From an uncultured Candidatus Saccharibacteria bacterium (lineage in GTDB: Bacteria; Patescibacteriota; Minisyncoccia; 2-02-FULL-40-12; IGHO2-12-FULL-4): 40,911 nucleotides of DNA. The stretch covers positions 1 to 40,911 of the forward strand of contig CAYZNJ010000002.1 of assembly GCA_964479745.1 (NCBI GenBank), read 5' to 3'. The position numbers and the translations under genes were made by a program. A model generated the notes under the pieces. That model saw nothing but the letters and a program-made list of their open reading frames with translations. It was not told where the DNA came from and ran no database searches. Shown one piece after another: positions 39,656 to 40,911 of the stretch (its first letter is position 1; each line of letters starts with the position of its first letter).

Positions 39656-40066
39656 TTACTTGAATTCCGACAATGGTAATCCCTTATTGTTCGACTGGTT
39701 AAATATCCCTTTAGCAGAGTCTCTTTTCTTTTCCAAATCAAATTCCGTTTTGCTGCTGCCCATTAAATCAATAATGCTCGCTTTGAGCAAAGAAAAGGCG
39801 TTGCCAATAGAAGCAAAGGGAGATTCCGGTTCCTTAGCGTTTTTTACGGCTAACTCGGTCAGTTTTTTGACATCCCTGTCGGCAAAGCGCGTCGGGTCAA
39901 TTTCCTGCCTTACTTCTTCGGAATGCAACATGGCCACAAACTTCGCTTGCGTTGATTTAAACCAAACAAAACCAACCAAAGAAAAAGTTATCACTACGCA
40001 AAGCCACATCATTATGTGTCTTATATGCTCCGGCTGCTGACGGATTTCTTGTAATAATTTGCTCAT
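39656..40066 (-). CDS. Hypothetical membrane-anchored protein
   Basis: 136 aa with TM IMMWLCVVITFSLVGFVWF. Its ATG shares one base with the upstream TAA (TAATG), which suggests translational coupling. Confidence 0.55.
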   Translation of the reverse strand: MSKLLQEIRQQPEHIRHIMMWLCVVITFSLVGFVWFKSTQAKFVAMLHSEEVRQEIDPTRFADRDVKKLTELAVKNAKEPESPFASIGNAFSLLKASIIDLMGSSKTEFDLEKKRDSAKGIFNQSNNKGLPLSEFK

Positions 40067-40701
40067 TAGTAATTTAGTAAAACTAATTTCATTTCTTCCT
40101 GCGGCAAAGTCTTGGCGCTAACTTTTAGCTTGTCTAATTTTTCCTGAGCCAACCCGACTTCCTTTAAAAACTTGTCAGCCGGCTCTATATCCACATTCAA
40201 ACCCGGAACTTTATAATGCATCGGAATGACTATTTTAGGCTCAATCTGGCCGATGATTTTGACCGCCTCTTTGGCGCCGATGGTATATTTGCCGCCAACC
40301 GGAATAAGCAGAACGTCAACATTGTCTAAAAGGTCAAGTTGTTTTTCGTCCAGACTTTCCTGACCCAGATCTCCTAAATGGCAAATAACAACATCCTCAA
40401 ACTTAATGGAGTAAATCGTGTTCGGTCCCCGTTCAGCGCCGCCGGCGTTATCGTGAAAAGAAGGTATGCCCTGAATGTAAACTCCTTTGACTTCATACTC
40501 GCCCGGATTTTTAATTATCATTGTCTCCGCTTCCGCCCCCTCTATGTTAGCATGGTCGTAGTGGTCATGAGTTACCAAAACAATCTGGTCTTTGATTCTG
40601 GGCGGCTTTAGTCCGATTTCCTTGGAAAATGGGTCAACAAGCAAAGAGACTTCTTTGCCCTCAAGACGAAAACAACTATGCCCCAGCCAGCTTAATGTCA
40701 T
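40066..40701 (-). CDS. Metallo-beta-lactamase-fold hydrolase (UPF0173-like)
   Basis: 211 aa. LSWLGHSCFRLEGKEVSLLVDPF, VLVTHDHYDHAN (HxHxDH) and ICHLGDLG are typical of the UPF0173 MBL-fold family. Confidence 0.8.
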   Translation of the reverse strand: MTLSWLGHSCFRLEGKEVSLLVDPFSKEIGLKPPRIKDQIVLVTHDHYDHANIEGAEAETMIIKNPGEYEVKGVYIQGIPSFHDNAGGAERGPNTIYSIKFEDVVICHLGDLGQESLDEKQLDLLDNVDVLLIPVGGKYTIGAKEAVKIIGQIEPKIVIPMHYKVPGLNVDIEPADKFLKEVGLAQEKLDKLKVSAKTLPQEEMKLVLLNY

Positions 40702-40853
40702 ATGCAGTCATTATACCAAATAATATGGAGCGGTTCAACATCAAAAATTAGCCGGCTTGCCCTTATTTGGAAAATAATGTAGGATACTTGAACATTATGG
40801 AAATAGCTCAAACAAGCGTCCTGCCGGCTCAAGATCCGATTGACCTAAGCACG

Positions 40854-40911
40854 ATGAATCCCGTACGAAGTCTCGCTCGCGACAAGGTCGCGAGTCCGAA
40901 GGACCTCGGCG
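40854..40911 (+). repeat. Start of a second F-type element (F2), cut by the window end
   Basis: ATGAATCCCGTACGAAGT (40854-40871) matches the F1 left arm ATGAATCCCGTACAAAGT at 17 of 18 positions. It is followed by a different hairpin, CTCGCGAC-AAG-GTCGCGAG. Confidence 0.5.

Noticed and set aside
40797-40911. Open 38-codon frame MEIAQTSVLPAQDPIDLSTMNPVRSLARDKVASPKDLG running off the window.
   Set aside because: It is too short, has no recognisable motif, and its second half coincides with the F2 repeat, which is non-coding at its other locus. I left it unannotated.
1-40911. A search for CRISPR arrays, rRNA genes, transposases/integrases, toxin-antitoxin pairs, restriction-modification or other known defence genes, reverse transcriptase/DGR repeats, RNase P RNA and SRP RNA.
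   Set aside because: I found none by eye. The two methyltransferases have small-molecule/RNA-type class I motifs with no partner nuclease. No GAGGAAAGUCC-type RNase P motif is present.

Overview
This is a dense, roughly 90% coding, 40.9-kb bacterial fragment. Shortened aminoacyl-tRNA synthetases, an intein-bearing gyrA, many secreted proteins with poly-Thr linkers and VirB2/TrbC-like two-helix pilin modules fit a reduced-genome Patescibacteria/CPR-type organism; this is inference, since no search was possible. Housekeeping genes are glyQS, recO, ileS, argS, htrA, smpB plus tmRNA (ssrA), infC-rpmI-rplT, tRNA-Glu(UUC), tsaD, valS, hsp20, tRNA-Leu(UAG) and gyrA. Envelope and accessory genes include large secreted proteins (one open-ended at the window start and missing from the ORF track), a frameshifted PrsW-like protease, VanW, a CphA-like ATP-grasp, two methyltransferases, an orphan solute-binding protein and an MBL-fold hydrolase. 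Main points of interest: (1) A family of 150-215-nt structured intergenic elements shows multiple compensatory base changes between copies (3414-3561, 11762-11974, 33537-33751). Other long hairpin elements lie at 5939-6120, 28365-28484 and 40854-end. A 29-nt hairpin motif occurs in three sense-oriented copies around a GC-richer island between rplT and tRNA-Glu. (2) A tightly packed five-gene operon (33510->29237), plus one outlier gene, encodes modular pilin-module/cargo fusions, including a pilin-polyThr-lytic transglycosylase. (3) An apparently intact histidine-phosphatase domain (RHGxxxxN ... SHG) is nested inside IleRS. (4) A 466-aa LAGLIDADG intein sits in gyrA directly before the GKYHPHGD motif. 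I saw no CRISPR array, rRNA, transposase or recognisable defence gene.
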